64,000 nt of DNA from Candidatus Magasanikbacteria bacterium RIFOXYB2_FULL_38_10 (lineage in GTDB: Bacteria > Patescibacteriota > Patescibacteriia > Magasanikbacterales > UBA10003): NCBI GenBank assembly GCA_001783145.1, contig MFQT01000002.1:24941-88940 (forward strand). The letters run 5' to 3'. Both the position numbers and the translations under genes were made by a program. The notes beneath the pieces were generated by a model that ran no database searches, was not told the origin of the DNA, and saw nothing but the letters and a program-made list of their open reading frames with translations. Of this stretch, positions 10,391-21,465 are shown piece by piece. The first letter of the stretch is position 1; each line of letters starts with the position of its first letter.

Positions 10391-11491
10391 TTATTTATGA
10401 TTCATCTTTAAATAGGCTTCTATAAAACCCAACAAATCACCGTCCAAAACTTTATCCGGATCCTTAGATTCAAATTCTGTGCGATGATCCTTTACCAAAT
10501 GATAGGGGTGCAAAACATAACTTCTAATTTGATTGCTCCAAGCCGCCTCATGATACTCTCCGCGCAATTTAGAAAGTTCATCAGCGTGTTCCTCTTCCAT
10601 TTGAGCCGCCAGCTTGGCTTTTAAAATTCTCATGGCGGTTTCTTTATTCTGCTGTTGGCTTCTTTCATTCTGACAGGAGACAGTAATACCGGTGGGCAGA
10701 TGCACCATACGTACCGCACTGTAAGTGGTGTTAACCGATTGCCCGCCTTTGCCCGAAGACATAAAAGTATCAATACGCAAATCTTCCGGTTTGATTTCCA
10801 CCACCACTTTCTCATCAATTTCCGGCAAAACTTCTACTAAGGCAAAAGAAGTATGGCGCATTTTTTCTGCGTCATAAGGAGAAATGCGCACCAAACGATG
10901 TACGCCGTGCTCTGATTTTAAAAACCCATAGGCATAAGAGCCGCGTGCAACCAAAGTAATACTTTTAATACCCGCTTCTCCTCCCCGGCTTTCAGTTAAA
11001 ATTTGTGTTTTAAAGCCACGCTTCTCGCAAAAACGTAAATACATACGCAAGAGCATTTCGGCAAAATCCATAGCATCAACTCCGCCCGTTCCCGCGTGAA
11101 TAGATAAAAAAGCATTGCTTTTATCATGCAATCCGGAAAACAACAAACTAATTTCCGCTTCGGCAAACTGTTTTTGCAGATAAATCAGTTGTCTTTCTAA
11201 ATCTTCACGCAAACTAACCGTTTTGTCTTTAGCATCCAATTCTGCCATTTCCTGTAAATCCCGCGCTTGTGTTTCCAGGTCATGCCAAAAATCAAATTCC
11301 TTTTTTAATTCATCATATTTTTGAGTAATTTTCCCGGCTTCAAGGGCGTTAACCCAAAAATCAGAAGCGGACATTTGCATTTCCAAAACTCTCATTTCTT
11401 CTTGTTTTTTATCCAAATGCAAAATCTGCCGAGCTTCTTTAATCTTAGTCAGCAAATTTTGCAATTCAAAAATTACTTCTTTAATGGTCAT
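10391..11491 (-). CDS. prfB: peptide chain release factor 2
   Basis: GGQ motif (SGKGGQSVN) and RISPYDAEKMRHTSFA, an SPF-type tripeptide variant. Full-length ORF with no +1 frameshift site. Confidence 0.8.
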   Translation of the reverse strand: MTIKEVIFELQNLLTKIKEARQILHLDKKQEEMRVLEMQMSASDFWVNALEAGKITQKYDELKKEFDFWHDLETQARDLQEMAELDAKDKTVSLREDLERQLIYLQKQFAEAEISLLFSGLHDKSNAFLSIHAGTGGVDAMDFAEMLLRMYLRFCEKRGFKTQILTESRGGEAGIKSITLVARGSYAYGFLKSEHGVHRLVRISPYDAEKMRHTSFALVEVLPEIDEKVVVEIKPEDLRIDTFMSSGKGGQSVNTTYSAVRMVHLPTGITVSCQNERSQQQNKETAMRILKAKLAAQMEEEHADELSKLRGEYHEAAWSNQIRSYVLHPYHLVKDHRTEFESKDPDKVLDGDLLGFIEAYLKMNHK

Positions 11492-11818
11492 CTAAATTTT
11501 TATCTTCTCCGCGTATTTGCCAATAATTGGTAGCTCATCCATCTTACCTTGATAGGCATTGGAGATTCCCACCACGGTTAAAATGATAGAAGCAATCCAC
11601 AGCACCAATCCCAATAAAGGAAACCAACCCAAAACCCATGTAACCAGCCATAAAAGACAGAGAACCAACCCCTGTTTGCCGTGAAACTTGGCATAAGGAC
11701 TGTTTTGTCTGCCGAGTAACGGCACCAAACACAACACCCCTAAATAACCGATAACGGCGATAATTTTATTATCCTCAAAATCTTTTTGCTCGGGAATTTT
11801 TTTGATTTGTGGTTCCAT
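11492..11818 (-). CDS. DUF4870-family small membrane protein
   Basis: IAVIGYLGVLCLVPLL...FHGKQGL motif and two TM helices; abuts prfB. Confidence 0.5.
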   Translation of the reverse strand: MEPQIKKIPEQKDFEDNKIIAVIGYLGVLCLVPLLGRQNSPYAKFHGKQGLVLCLLWLVTWVLGWFPLLGLVLWIASIILTVVGISNAYQGKMDELPIIGKYAEKIKI

Positions 11819-11875
11819 AAAATTTAAAGTTATTTAATTTTCTTTAATTTATTATATCATTTTCACTTTAAATTT

Positions 11876-11904
11876 AAAAGCCGCATCTGTTGAAGCGGCT
11901 TTTA
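11876..11904. terminator. rho-independent terminator hairpin downstream of groEL (bidirectional)
   Basis: AAAAGCCGCatctgttgaaGCGGCTTTT, with a perfect 5-bp GC stem flanked by A/T runs. Confidence 0.55.
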
Positions 11905-11939
11905 AATTTAATCTACTTTATTAGGAGTCGGGTTTATTT

Positions 11940-13885
<1,946 letters not shown>

Positions 13886-13925
13886 AGTCTCTTGAATTAA
13901 TTATTAATAAGTTAATGGAGATAAT

Positions 13926-13952
13926 TTAGCACTCTAATTATTAGAGTGCTAA
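13926..13952. promoter_or_regulatory. CIRCE element (HrcA operator) upstream of groES
   Basis: TTAGCACTC-N9-GAGTGCTAA, perfect consensus inverted repeat. Confidence 0.85.
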
Positions 13953-13997
13953 GATCTACCTGTCTGTATTTTATAACAAAAAGAAAGAATCGTCAAG

Positions 13998-14023
13998 GGC
14001 CCGCAGACAGTGGCCCGCAGACA
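13998..14023. repeat. tandem direct repeat GGCCCGCAGACA x2
   Basis: GGCCCGCAGACAgtGGCCCGCAGACA, a GC-rich element between the stop of the Wzy-rSAM gene and the groES CIRCE. Confidence 0.4.
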
Positions 14024-14041
14024 CCTCCCAATCCCACTCTT

Positions 14042-16390
14042 TCATCCTTTAATTTTATCTACTAAATTATCTCTATAATAAGCACGGAGGCGGCAGATTT
14101 TGGAACAATTTTTAACTAAACAGCGTTTGTTTTCTAAATTGGCACTCCGCCACAATTCTTCTGGTGCCTTATCTTTCAAAGAAGCGAAAGTAATTCCGGT
14201 TTTATAGCAAAAAAACGGACGGCCCGCAGGATCAAAATTAAAAGTGCGATAAGCCAAGTGGCAAGGCCAAGCCACAGTTTTACCGGGATTTAAAAAATAT
14301 TCTTCAAAAGATAACAAATTTTTAACCGAGTTGGTAATTAAAGCGCCATTTCTTTTTTGTTTAATAAGCCAATTAAAAAAATCTTTTACGGCCTCTGGCT
14401 TTTGCGGCCATAAGGGATCATTTATAAACCAATTCTCCTGCGCGTAATCGCCCTTAAAATTTTCATCCAAAGCTTGGATGTTAACAAAAAAACCATTGGC
14501 CCGGGCAAAACTGACTAATTTTTTAGCATCTTCCCCTATATTTTTTTCATTGAGCAAGACCCCCAAACAAATTTTCATTTGGCTCCCCTGTCTTTGTTTG
14601 GCCTCGGCCAAATCAAGAATCGCTTCCTTGGCTTTTTCGTGAGCCCAAGGAATCTGCCGCAGGCTATTATGAATTGCCGGATCAAAACTGTATAAAGAAA
14701 TTCTAATTTCTTCAATTCCCGTAGCTACAATTTTGGCCGCCATTTCTTTATTAATCAAATAACCATTACTTTCCAAAATAACTCTAAAATCATTGATCTT
14801 TAAAAAATTTAAAATCTCCAGAATGTCCGGCCTAATCAAAGGCTCTCCTCCGCCCAGACTAATTAAATAGCCCGGACCAACCCATTTTCTTAAATCACTG
14901 ATGATTTTTTTCCATTCTACCGTGTTTAACTCATTTCTTTCCGCACATTTCCAGATATCACAGTGACTACACCTAAAATTGCAATTATAAGTGATGATTA
15001 AATCGCTACCCTTGGGTTTAGAAAGCGGGAAATTAAAAAAATAAGACAATTTTTCTAAAATAGAATTAAAGATTTTTTTAAAATAATTATTTTTCATAAA
15101 ATCAGACGGTTCACCCAAGACACCTTCTCCCCCAAAATTCCACACCCCCAATCCTAAAGCCAACAGCATCAAACCGCTAAAAGAACTCCATAAATAATGA
15201 TCAAACAAACTTAAAATTAAAAAAAACAATAAAATTTCTCCGCCTAATTTATTTTTCTTTAATAAAAAAAACAAAAAAATAATCAATAAAATAGTTCCTG
15301 TGATTCCTAGTTCTATAAAAACCAAAACTAAAGCATTGTGTACGGGCTGGTAACCGCTGGTTTTGTCAATTAAAGAAAACTTTTGAGCGGCAACCAGGGT
15401 ATAGTTTCCCAAACCCGTCCCCCAAAAGATATTATTTTTAAAAATTTGATAAGATTCCGTGTAGCCATTTAATCTTTGGATTTTAGACCACTCTTCCAGT
15501 TGTCCGGTAACTTCTACCCTATTTCTTAAAAGAGGCAGAAAGATTACAGAAAGAAGCGCTAAAAAAATTAAACTAAAACTGAAATTCAAAATTAAACGCC
15601 GACGGATAAAAGGAGAAAAATTTTTTTTTATCACTCTAAAAAACCAAAAAAATAAAGACACGGCCAGGGCCAGCCAGGCCGAGCGGGAAAAAGAAAAAAA
15701 TAAAGCGGCAAGAAAAATAAAATTAAAAAATAATATTCCGGCACCACTTTTTTTAAATACCCCGACAACATCATTCCTTTCTTTAATTAAAAGAAAACAG
15801 ATTATTAGGCCAAGTGCCAGGAAAGCGCCCAGAGCATTGGGGTGGGTAAAAGTACCATAGGCTCTAAGCCAGCGTCCGCCATTTTCTAAAACTGCCGTGC
15901 CTAAAGTTCCGGAATGATGCACAGTTAAACCCAAATAGCGGCTGGCAAAAGTATTTTGAGATAAAAATTGATAGATGCCCAAAAAGGCCGCCGGAAGTAG
16001 ACCTAAGACAAAACAATAAGCGGCTTTTAAATTATTAATAGCTCCACTACTGAGCAAAATAAAGAAAGCCCCAGCTTCTAAAAGATGCAAAGCTTGTTGA
16101 AAAAAAACCAATTTATCACCGGAAACAATACCGGAAACAAATAATAAAATTGCCAAAGCTGAAATTGGTACTCGATTATTTTTTAAAAAACCTAACCAAT
16201 TATTTTTTTTCCTCTTATTTAAAATTCCTGCCAACAAAATCAACCACAACAAAACTTCCTCGGCATAAATGCCTATAATGCCATACTCCCAAACAGCCCC
16301 ATTTAAAAAACCGCGGCGCAAAATGAGCCTGGTTTGCCAAGGCAGTAAAAATATAAAAAGATAAATTAAAAAATTATAGAGCTTGGTCAT
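14042..16390 (-). CDS. fusion protein: O-antigen ligase-like (Wzy_C) polytopic membrane domain + C-terminal radical SAM / SPASM-like domain
   Basis: The N-terminal roughly 440 aa have more than 10 TM helices with Wzy_C-type motifs (SRSAWLAL; HPNALGAFL; HNALVLVFIELGITG). The C-terminus carries CNFRCSHC (CX3CX2C), the LGGGEPL SAM-binding glycine motif, and C-terminal Cys clusters (FFCYKTG...CLVKNCSKIC). Confidence 0.7.
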   Translation of the reverse strand: MTKLYNFLIYLFIFLLPWQTRLILRRGFLNGAVWEYGIIGIYAEEVLLWLILLAGILNKRKKNNWLGFLKNNRVPISALAILLFVSGIVSGDKLVFFQQALHLLEAGAFFILLSSGAINNLKAAYCFVLGLLPAAFLGIYQFLSQNTFASRYLGLTVHHSGTLGTAVLENGGRWLRAYGTFTHPNALGAFLALGLIICFLLIKERNDVVGVFKKSGAGILFFNFIFLAALFFSFSRSAWLALAVSLFFWFFRVIKKNFSPFIRRRLILNFSFSLIFLALLSVIFLPLLRNRVEVTGQLEEWSKIQRLNGYTESYQIFKNNIFWGTGLGNYTLVAAQKFSLIDKTSGYQPVHNALVLVFIELGITGTILLIIFLFFLLKKNKLGGEILLFFLILSLFDHYLWSSFSGLMLLALGLGVWNFGGEGVLGEPSDFMKNNYFKKIFNSILEKLSYFFNFPLSKPKGSDLIITYNCNFRCSHCDIWKCAERNELNTVEWKKIISDLRKWVGPGYLISLGGGEPLIRPDILEILNFLKINDFRVILESNGYLINKEMAAKIVATGIEEIRISLYSFDPAIHNSLRQIPWAHEKAKEAILDLAEAKQRQGSQMKICLGVLLNEKNIGEDAKKLVSFARANGFFVNIQALDENFKGDYAQENWFINDPLWPQKPEAVKDFFNWLIKQKRNGALITNSVKNLLSFEEYFLNPGKTVAWPCHLAYRTFNFDPAGRPFFCYKTGITFASLKDKAPEELWRSANLENKRCLVKNCSKICRLRAYYRDNLVDKIKG

Positions 16391-16425
16391 TTAGTTAAAA
16401 TTGCTTTTTGAACACGCCGGATAAT

Positions 16426-17406
16426 TTATTCTACCCCGGAGGAAAATTTTTCTTGCCACAAATTATAATACCCTTCTCTTTTATCCGGGGTATGAAATTT
16501 TAAAAATCCTTCCTTAATTACAATATCATTTTTATTATGCCTCTTCCAACTCAGTCTACTGTTAATTTTTTCCATTTGTACTAGGCGTAAAAAATTCTCT
16601 AAAATACTCCCTAATTCTCCCGCCAAAAAATACTCTGCCAAGCTTCCAATCTTTCTTAACCAAGAATCTTCTTTAATTAAACGATAATCACAAGTCCTGC
16701 CCTCCTCATTCCAATTGGCTAAATTTTCTTTAATCCAAAAATTATCTTGCCAAAATTTTTCTAAAGTTTTATTGCGATTAACTAAAGGAATAAGAGAAGC
16801 AATCCAGTAATGCAAATAAACATCAATTTTATTAGGCAAGGTTAAAGCCTGTAAATTTAAATGATTCGTGTCAACAAAAAAACTTAAACAAATACGATTA
16901 GTCATTTTACTTTTAAAAGTACGCAAACCAAAAAGACGTAAGAATAAATTAGCTAAAAAACGCACAATCCAAACATGGCCGCGATTAGCCACAATAAAAA
17001 AATCAATATCACTTTCTTCCCTACTGGTGCCAAAGGCCAAACTATTGCACACGGCCACTAATTTAATAAAAGGCACCAAATTTAAAATTGTTGCGGCTTT
17101 TTGAGCAATTTGCCATTTGGGCAATTCCCAAAAAATTTTTTGAAGACGACGGGAAACCAACGACTCGTCTGGAGACAAAAAAAAGAAACCGTTGGTAGTT
17201 CCTACGGCTCCTTTTTTTATAAGAACATCCAAATCTTTTCTTAATTGAGACAAGTCTGTTTTGGCGGAACAAAAGAGATTCTCCTTAAGCTCTAACAAAG
17301 TAAGGGGTTGTTGAAAAATGGAAAAAAAAGACAGGGTTTTAATAATTGGCAGCTGTTGATTCATAAAAAGCGCTGTTCTTTTCTTCTGCTTTTTCTTCAC
17401 CGACAT
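16426..17406 (-). CDS. nucleotidyltransferase-fold protein (Pol-beta/MNT-like NS..SDIDFFIV motif) with N-terminal wHTH-like region
   Basis: CNSLAFGTSREESDIDFFIV aligns to the minimal-NTase G[SG]x9-11SDIDhhV signature. No other recognisable domain. Confidence 0.4.
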   Translation of the reverse strand: MSVKKKQKKRTALFMNQQLPIIKTLSFFSIFQQPLTLLELKENLFCSAKTDLSQLRKDLDVLIKKGAVGTTNGFFFLSPDESLVSRRLQKIFWELPKWQIAQKAATILNLVPFIKLVAVCNSLAFGTSREESDIDFFIVANRGHVWIVRFLANLFLRLFGLRTFKSKMTNRICLSFFVDTNHLNLQALTLPNKIDVYLHYWIASLIPLVNRNKTLEKFWQDNFWIKENLANWNEEGRTCDYRLIKEDSWLRKIGSLAEYFLAGELGSILENFLRLVQMEKINSRLSWKRHNKNDIVIKEGFLKFHTPDKREGYYNLWQEKFSSGVE

Positions 17407-17626
17407 TATCTTCCACTATCATCTTTTCTGGAGTAAGAGAAATAACCTGACTACGATGAATAATTAAAGGCTCTTGCAAACGTCCCAAAATTTGACCCTT
17501 TTGAACAAAGTAGCGCAAAACACTTTGACTGTCCGTATCTAATTCCAAATCAACTATAATACCCAATTTAATTTTGTTCTTGGTAAAAACCGGCAAATTT
17601 TTAATTTGTGGTAATGAGAGTAACAT
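17339..17626 (-). CDS. small PRC-barrel-like protein (YlmC/YmxH-like), start uncertain
   Basis: The track start at 17644 is TTG; the ATG at 17626 overlaps the yidC 3' end. KIKLGIIVDLELD...VLRYFV...ISLTPEKMIVED resembles PRC-barrel proteins. Could be spurious. Confidence 0.3.
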   Translation of the reverse strand: MLLSLPQIKNLPVFTKNKIKLGIIVDLELDTDSQSVLRYFVQKGQILGRLQEPLIIHRSQVISLTPEKMIVEDNVGEEKAEEKNSAFYESTAANY

Positions 17627-18335
17627 CTTTTTTCTTAAAGACAATTATTTGTTGCAAAACGGTTAAAAGCGTGGTGACGAGCCAATACAAAGTAAGACCG
17701 GCAGGGAGACCAGCGCCAATAAAAACAGTCATAAGCGGCATCATATATAGCATTTGTTTATTCATCATAGCGGCCATACCTTCGTCTTTGCTGCCCGTTC
17801 CTTTAACAACAGGCGGTTGCATCGGCAACATTTTAGTTTGCCAAAATTGCGCGGCGCCGGCCAGTACGGCCAAAATAATATTGGCGTGGCTTAAATCTAA
17901 AAAGCCAAAAGCCAAAGTTTTTATGGTGCCGGGGTTATGGACAAAAGGGTAAAGCAGTTCAAAATTTTGCGATTTTAACCCGGCACTCAATACCCAATAA
18001 AAACCAATCAGAATTGGCAGTTGAATAATCAAGGGCAGACAAGAAGCAAAAGGGTTGATCTTTTCTGTTTTATACAATTCCATCGTAGCTTGCGCCAATT
18101 TTTGTTTATCATTTTTGTACTGTTCTTTTAAAGCATTAATTTTGGGCTGAAGGCCTTGCATTGATTTTTGCGCCCGGATGGATTTATTGGACAACGGCCA
18201 CAAAATTACACGAATTAAAGCCGTAATGATAATAATAGCTACACCAAAATCATGACCGGGAATTACATTGTAAAGAAAAATCAAAATGTTAAAAATTGGC
18301 TGATAAATGATTGAATGGAATAAAGAAGAAAGCAT
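17601..18335 (-). CDS. yidC: membrane protein insertase YidC (short YidC2/SpoIIIJ type)
   Basis: YidC/Oxa1 core helices and C-terminal TLYWLVTTLLTVLQQ motif. Confidence 0.85.
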   Translation of the reverse strand: MLSSLFHSIIYQPIFNILIFLYNVIPGHDFGVAIIIITALIRVILWPLSNKSIRAQKSMQGLQPKINALKEQYKNDKQKLAQATMELYKTEKINPFASCLPLIIQLPILIGFYWVLSAGLKSQNFELLYPFVHNPGTIKTLAFGFLDLSHANIILAVLAGAAQFWQTKMLPMQPPVVKGTGSKDEGMAAMMNKQMLYMMPLMTVFIGAGLPAGLTLYWLVTTLLTVLQQIIVFKKKDVTLITTN

Positions 18336-18356
18336 AAAATAAATAAATTATGTTAA

Positions 18357-19661
18357 TTATTCCGCGACTTCTTTTGCTTCTGTCTCTTCTGCTTTTTCTT
18401 CTGTCGGAGAACTTTCTTTAGCGTCGGCCTCTTTTAAATTTTTTTCGGACTCCTTTTCTGACACAATTTCTTCTATTGGCACATCTTCTGCTACAACTTC
18501 TTCAGCCGGAGCTTCTGCGCCAACTTGCTCCACAATCACTTGCCAGCCGGTTAATTTGGAAGACAAGCGAACATTCTGTCCGCCGCGACCAATAGCCAAG
18601 GAATACTGATCGGGAGTCACTTTTACCAAAGCGGATTTTTCCGCTTCATTTAATTCCACGGACAAAAATTTAGCCGGCGATAAAGAATTGCCGATAAAAT
18701 TGCCGGTATTATCATCATACAAAACAATATCAACTTTTTCTCCGCCCAATTCCGCAATAATAGTTTGAATTCTAGCGCCGCGCTGGCCGATGCAAGAGCC
18801 AATCGGATCAATATTTTCTTCTTTGGTGTAAACCGCTACTTTGGAACGAGAGCCGGCCTCGCGCGCTACGCCTTTAATTTCCACTACGCCACTGGCAATT
18901 TCCGGAATTTCCATTTCAAAAATCTTTTTAACCATTTCCGAAGTAGCGCGAGAAACTTTAATTTCCGGTCCGCGTACAGACATATTCACTGACAAAACAT
19001 AAACCTTGATGCGATTGCCCGGGTTGTATCTTTCACCAGTCACCTGCTCTTCTGGAGGTAAAACGCCGTTGGCCTGACCCAAATCTATAATGACATTGCG
19101 TCCTTCACGACGACCTACCGTACCAATTACAATTTCTCCTTCGCGTCCTTTAAACTCACCAAAAATATTTTCTCTTTCGGCTTCGCGCAACTTTTGAATA
19201 ATCACTTGCTTGGCGGTTTGCGCAGCCATGCGGCCAAAAGCCGCCGGAATTCCCAAAGGCCTTCTGATTACCTCATCCAATTTGGCTTTAGGATATTCTT
19301 TTTTAGCCTCGCTAATCATCCATTCGGTCTTAGGATTAAAACGTTTAACCGGCTCCATTTCGGGAATCGGCTCGCCCTTATCTTCTGCTTCTTTAACTTT
19401 GGCGGCATAGTCTTCTTTTAATTTTTCTATTTCTGCGGCCTCCGCTTCCAAATCCACATCGGCCACCGCTGTTTTTACATCAAAAGCCTTCATTTCACCG
19501 GTTTCAGGATTAAATTCCACTTGGACATTTTGATTTTTTTCGCCGAAATCCTTGCGATAAGCGGCAGCCAGAGCCGCTTGGATAGTATCTAAAACCGCTT
19601 CATAAGAAATTTTTTTCTCGTCGCAAATTTGTTTGATAGCCTGGGCAATAGGTGAAGACAT
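18357..19661 (-). CDS. nusA: transcription termination/antitermination factor NusA
   Basis: NusA N-terminal domain, S1 (GEIVIGTVGRREGRNVIIDLG), two KH motifs (IGQRGARIQ) and an acidic C-tail. The track start at 19679 is TTG; the likely ATG is at 19661. Confidence 0.85.
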   Translation of the reverse strand: MSSPIAQAIKQICDEKKISYEAVLDTIQAALAAAYRKDFGEKNQNVQVEFNPETGEMKAFDVKTAVADVDLEAEAAEIEKLKEDYAAKVKEAEDKGEPIPEMEPVKRFNPKTEWMISEAKKEYPKAKLDEVIRRPLGIPAAFGRMAAQTAKQVIIQKLREAERENIFGEFKGREGEIVIGTVGRREGRNVIIDLGQANGVLPPEEQVTGERYNPGNRIKVYVLSVNMSVRGPEIKVSRATSEMVKKIFEMEIPEIASGVVEIKGVAREAGSRSKVAVYTKEENIDPIGSCIGQRGARIQTIIAELGGEKVDIVLYDDNTGNFIGNSLSPAKFLSVELNEAEKSALVKVTPDQYSLAIGRGGQNVRLSSKLTGWQVIVEQVGAEAPAEEVVAEDVPIEEIVSEKESEKNLKEADAKESSPTEEKAEETEAKEVAE

Positions 19662-19721
19662 AAATGATAGATAGGCCAAAAAGGCCTTTAAATTATTTAT
19701 TTAAGTATATCTTAAATTTGA

Positions 19722-19757
19722 TTTAAAAAAAAGACTAGTTTAATGATTAAACTAGTT
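19722..19757 (-). terminator. rho-independent terminator after yraN
   Basis: Perfect 11-bp palindrome ACTAGTTTAATgATTAAACTAGT, followed on the minus strand by a T8 run. Confidence 0.5.
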
Positions 19758-19804
19758 TCTAAAGATATTATAGCAAATTCCGGCCTGTCTGTCAATAGTT
19801 GTAT

Positions 19805-20164
19805 CTAAAATACAATATTTTCTATCAATCTTACCCTGGCTTTTTGGGCCTTTAAATTTAAAACTACAGCTAAAGAGTCAAATTGGCAGGCAACCTCGGC
19901 TAAATTGTGTAAAAGCAAAAAACTTCGCGCCGCGCCTTGCAAACGCCGCATTTTAAAATAACTAATAGCTTCTTCCGGTTCCCCACTGCCTAAACCCGTC
20001 CTAGTTTTCACTTCCACAAAATGAATCACCCCTCCCTTTTGAGCAATAATATCCAACTCACCATAACGCGTGCGCCAATTACGGTCCAAAATTTTAAAAC
20101 CCCTGCCAACTAAAAATCTGGCCGCTAAATTTTCTCCATAGCGCCCAATTTTTTGAGTATACAT
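19805..20164 (-). CDS. yraN: YraN-family endonuclease (UPF0102)
   Basis: RYGELDIIAQKGGVIHFVEVKTR motif; 119 aa. Confidence 0.75.
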   Translation of the reverse strand: MYTQKIGRYGENLAARFLVGRGFKILDRNWRTRYGELDIIAQKGGVIHFVEVKTRTGLGSGEPEEAISYFKMRRLQGAARSFLLLHNLAEVACQFDSLAVVLNLKAQKARVRLIENIVF

Positions 20165-20181
20165 AATCCCCCTTATTATTT

Positions 20182-20589
20182 TTACGGCAAATATTTATTT
20201 AATCTTTCTTTTTCCAACTTTTCCGCCATTCGTTTAGGTACAATCTTTAAAAAATATTTAACAATAAACACCAGCCAGACAACCAAACCGATAATCCACA
20301 ATCCCAGCATAAAACGACGCGATAAAATAGGTGTAAATTCATAACGGAAAAAAACAATAATTAAACCCCACACTCCCATCCACCCCAGCAACCTAGAAAT
20401 TTTTTTAAGACCACGGCGCGCAAAAACATCGTAGTGCGGACTTTGTGATAAAACTTTTAAAATAATAGCGGCCAGCAAAAACAAACCAAAAATAATTAAC
20501 ATAACCCAAAAAGCCGCCGAGCCAAGCAAGGGAGTTTGGCTAAACCAATAAGAGAGAGAAAAAATATTTTTGATAGAATACATAAACAA
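20182..20589 (-). CDS. hypothetical membrane protein (3-4 TM)
   Basis: Hydrophobic helices; no recognisable motif. Confidence 0.4.
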   Translation of the reverse strand: MFMYSIKNIFSLSYWFSQTPLLGSAAFWVMLIIFGLFLLAAIILKVLSQSPHYDVFARRGLKKISRLLGWMGVWGLIIVFFRYEFTPILSRRFMLGLWIIGLVVWLVFIVKYFLKIVPKRMAEKLEKERLNKYLP

Positions 20590-20598
20590 TAATTGAAA

Positions 20599-21153
20599 TT
20601 ATTTTTCAAAAATTAAACCGTAATGATATTTACCGGCAGAAAATCTTTCTTTTAACGCTAGACCCAAATCATCAGCTGTCTTTTCCACCCAAAAAGGATC
20701 AACTCGTCCTTCTACCGGCGGACCAAAAGGTGCATCGGTTAACATCCAATCCACCACCATCAGCCGACCACCAATTTTTAGTAGCCGCCGCGCTTCCTTT
20801 AAAATGGCGACTCTGTCTTTATTTTGAAACAAAGTATTGATTAAAAACGCCGCATCAACAGCTTCACTTTGTATTTTAGCCGCTCCTAAGCGTTCCAAAT
20901 CGCTCCACACTCCAACAATATTTTCAAAATGTTCCAGTTCAGCGCGTTTTTCTATATTCTCCAAAACCGAGCGCTGAATGTCTACAGCATAAACCCGACC
21001 TTCTTTGCCCACCATTTTAACAGCGGGAAAAACAAAATGTCCCACAGCGCCGCACCCCAAATCAGCCACGATCATTTTTTCTTTAAGCCCTAATTTTTGT
21101 AAAACAAAATTGGGATCAATTAACTTACTGCCGCCGGATGATTCTAAAATCAT
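20599..21153 (-). CDS. class I SAM-dependent methyltransferase
   Basis: Motif I VADLGCGAVGHF and motif post-I VYAVDI. Confidence 0.7.
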   Translation of the reverse strand: MILESSGGSKLIDPNFVLQKLGLKEKMIVADLGCGAVGHFVFPAVKMVGKEGRVYAVDIQRSVLENIEKRAELEHFENIVGVWSDLERLGAAKIQSEAVDAAFLINTLFQNKDRVAILKEARRLLKIGGRLMVVDWMLTDAPFGPPVEGRVDPFWVEKTADDLGLALKERFSAGKYHYGLIFEK

Positions 21154-21208
21154 ATAATTAAATTATGATTGAAAATCCTTTGGGCTAAGCCCTAGGGTGA
21201 TACAAATG

Positions 21209-21457
21209 CTAATTAGAAAACCCTCTGAATAAACCACCAAAAAGCCCCAAAACAATTCCACCCAAAGCACCGGAAACACCCAATAAAGAAATAATAATGA
21301 TACCGAGACCGAATAATTTGTAAAAAGTGCGAGTACCGCCGGAGGAACCAAATTTTTCCTCAGCCCAATCAATTAAGCCAAAATTAGTAATGAACCATTC
21401 TGTATACATGATAAAAATTGCACCAATGGGTAAACCTAAAATCCAAAAAATTCTCAT
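21209..21457 (-). CDS. small hydrophobic membrane protein
   Basis: The track ORF (to 21520) overruns the tRNA-Leu gene. The internal ATG at 21457 gives MRIFWILGLPIGAIF... with two TM helices and a G-rich tail. Confidence 0.4.
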   Translation of the reverse strand: MRIFWILGLPIGAIFIMYTEWFITNFGLIDWAEEKFGSSGGTRTFYKLFGLGIIIISLLGVSGALGGIVLGLFGGLFRGFSN

Positions 21458-21465
21458 AAATATAT

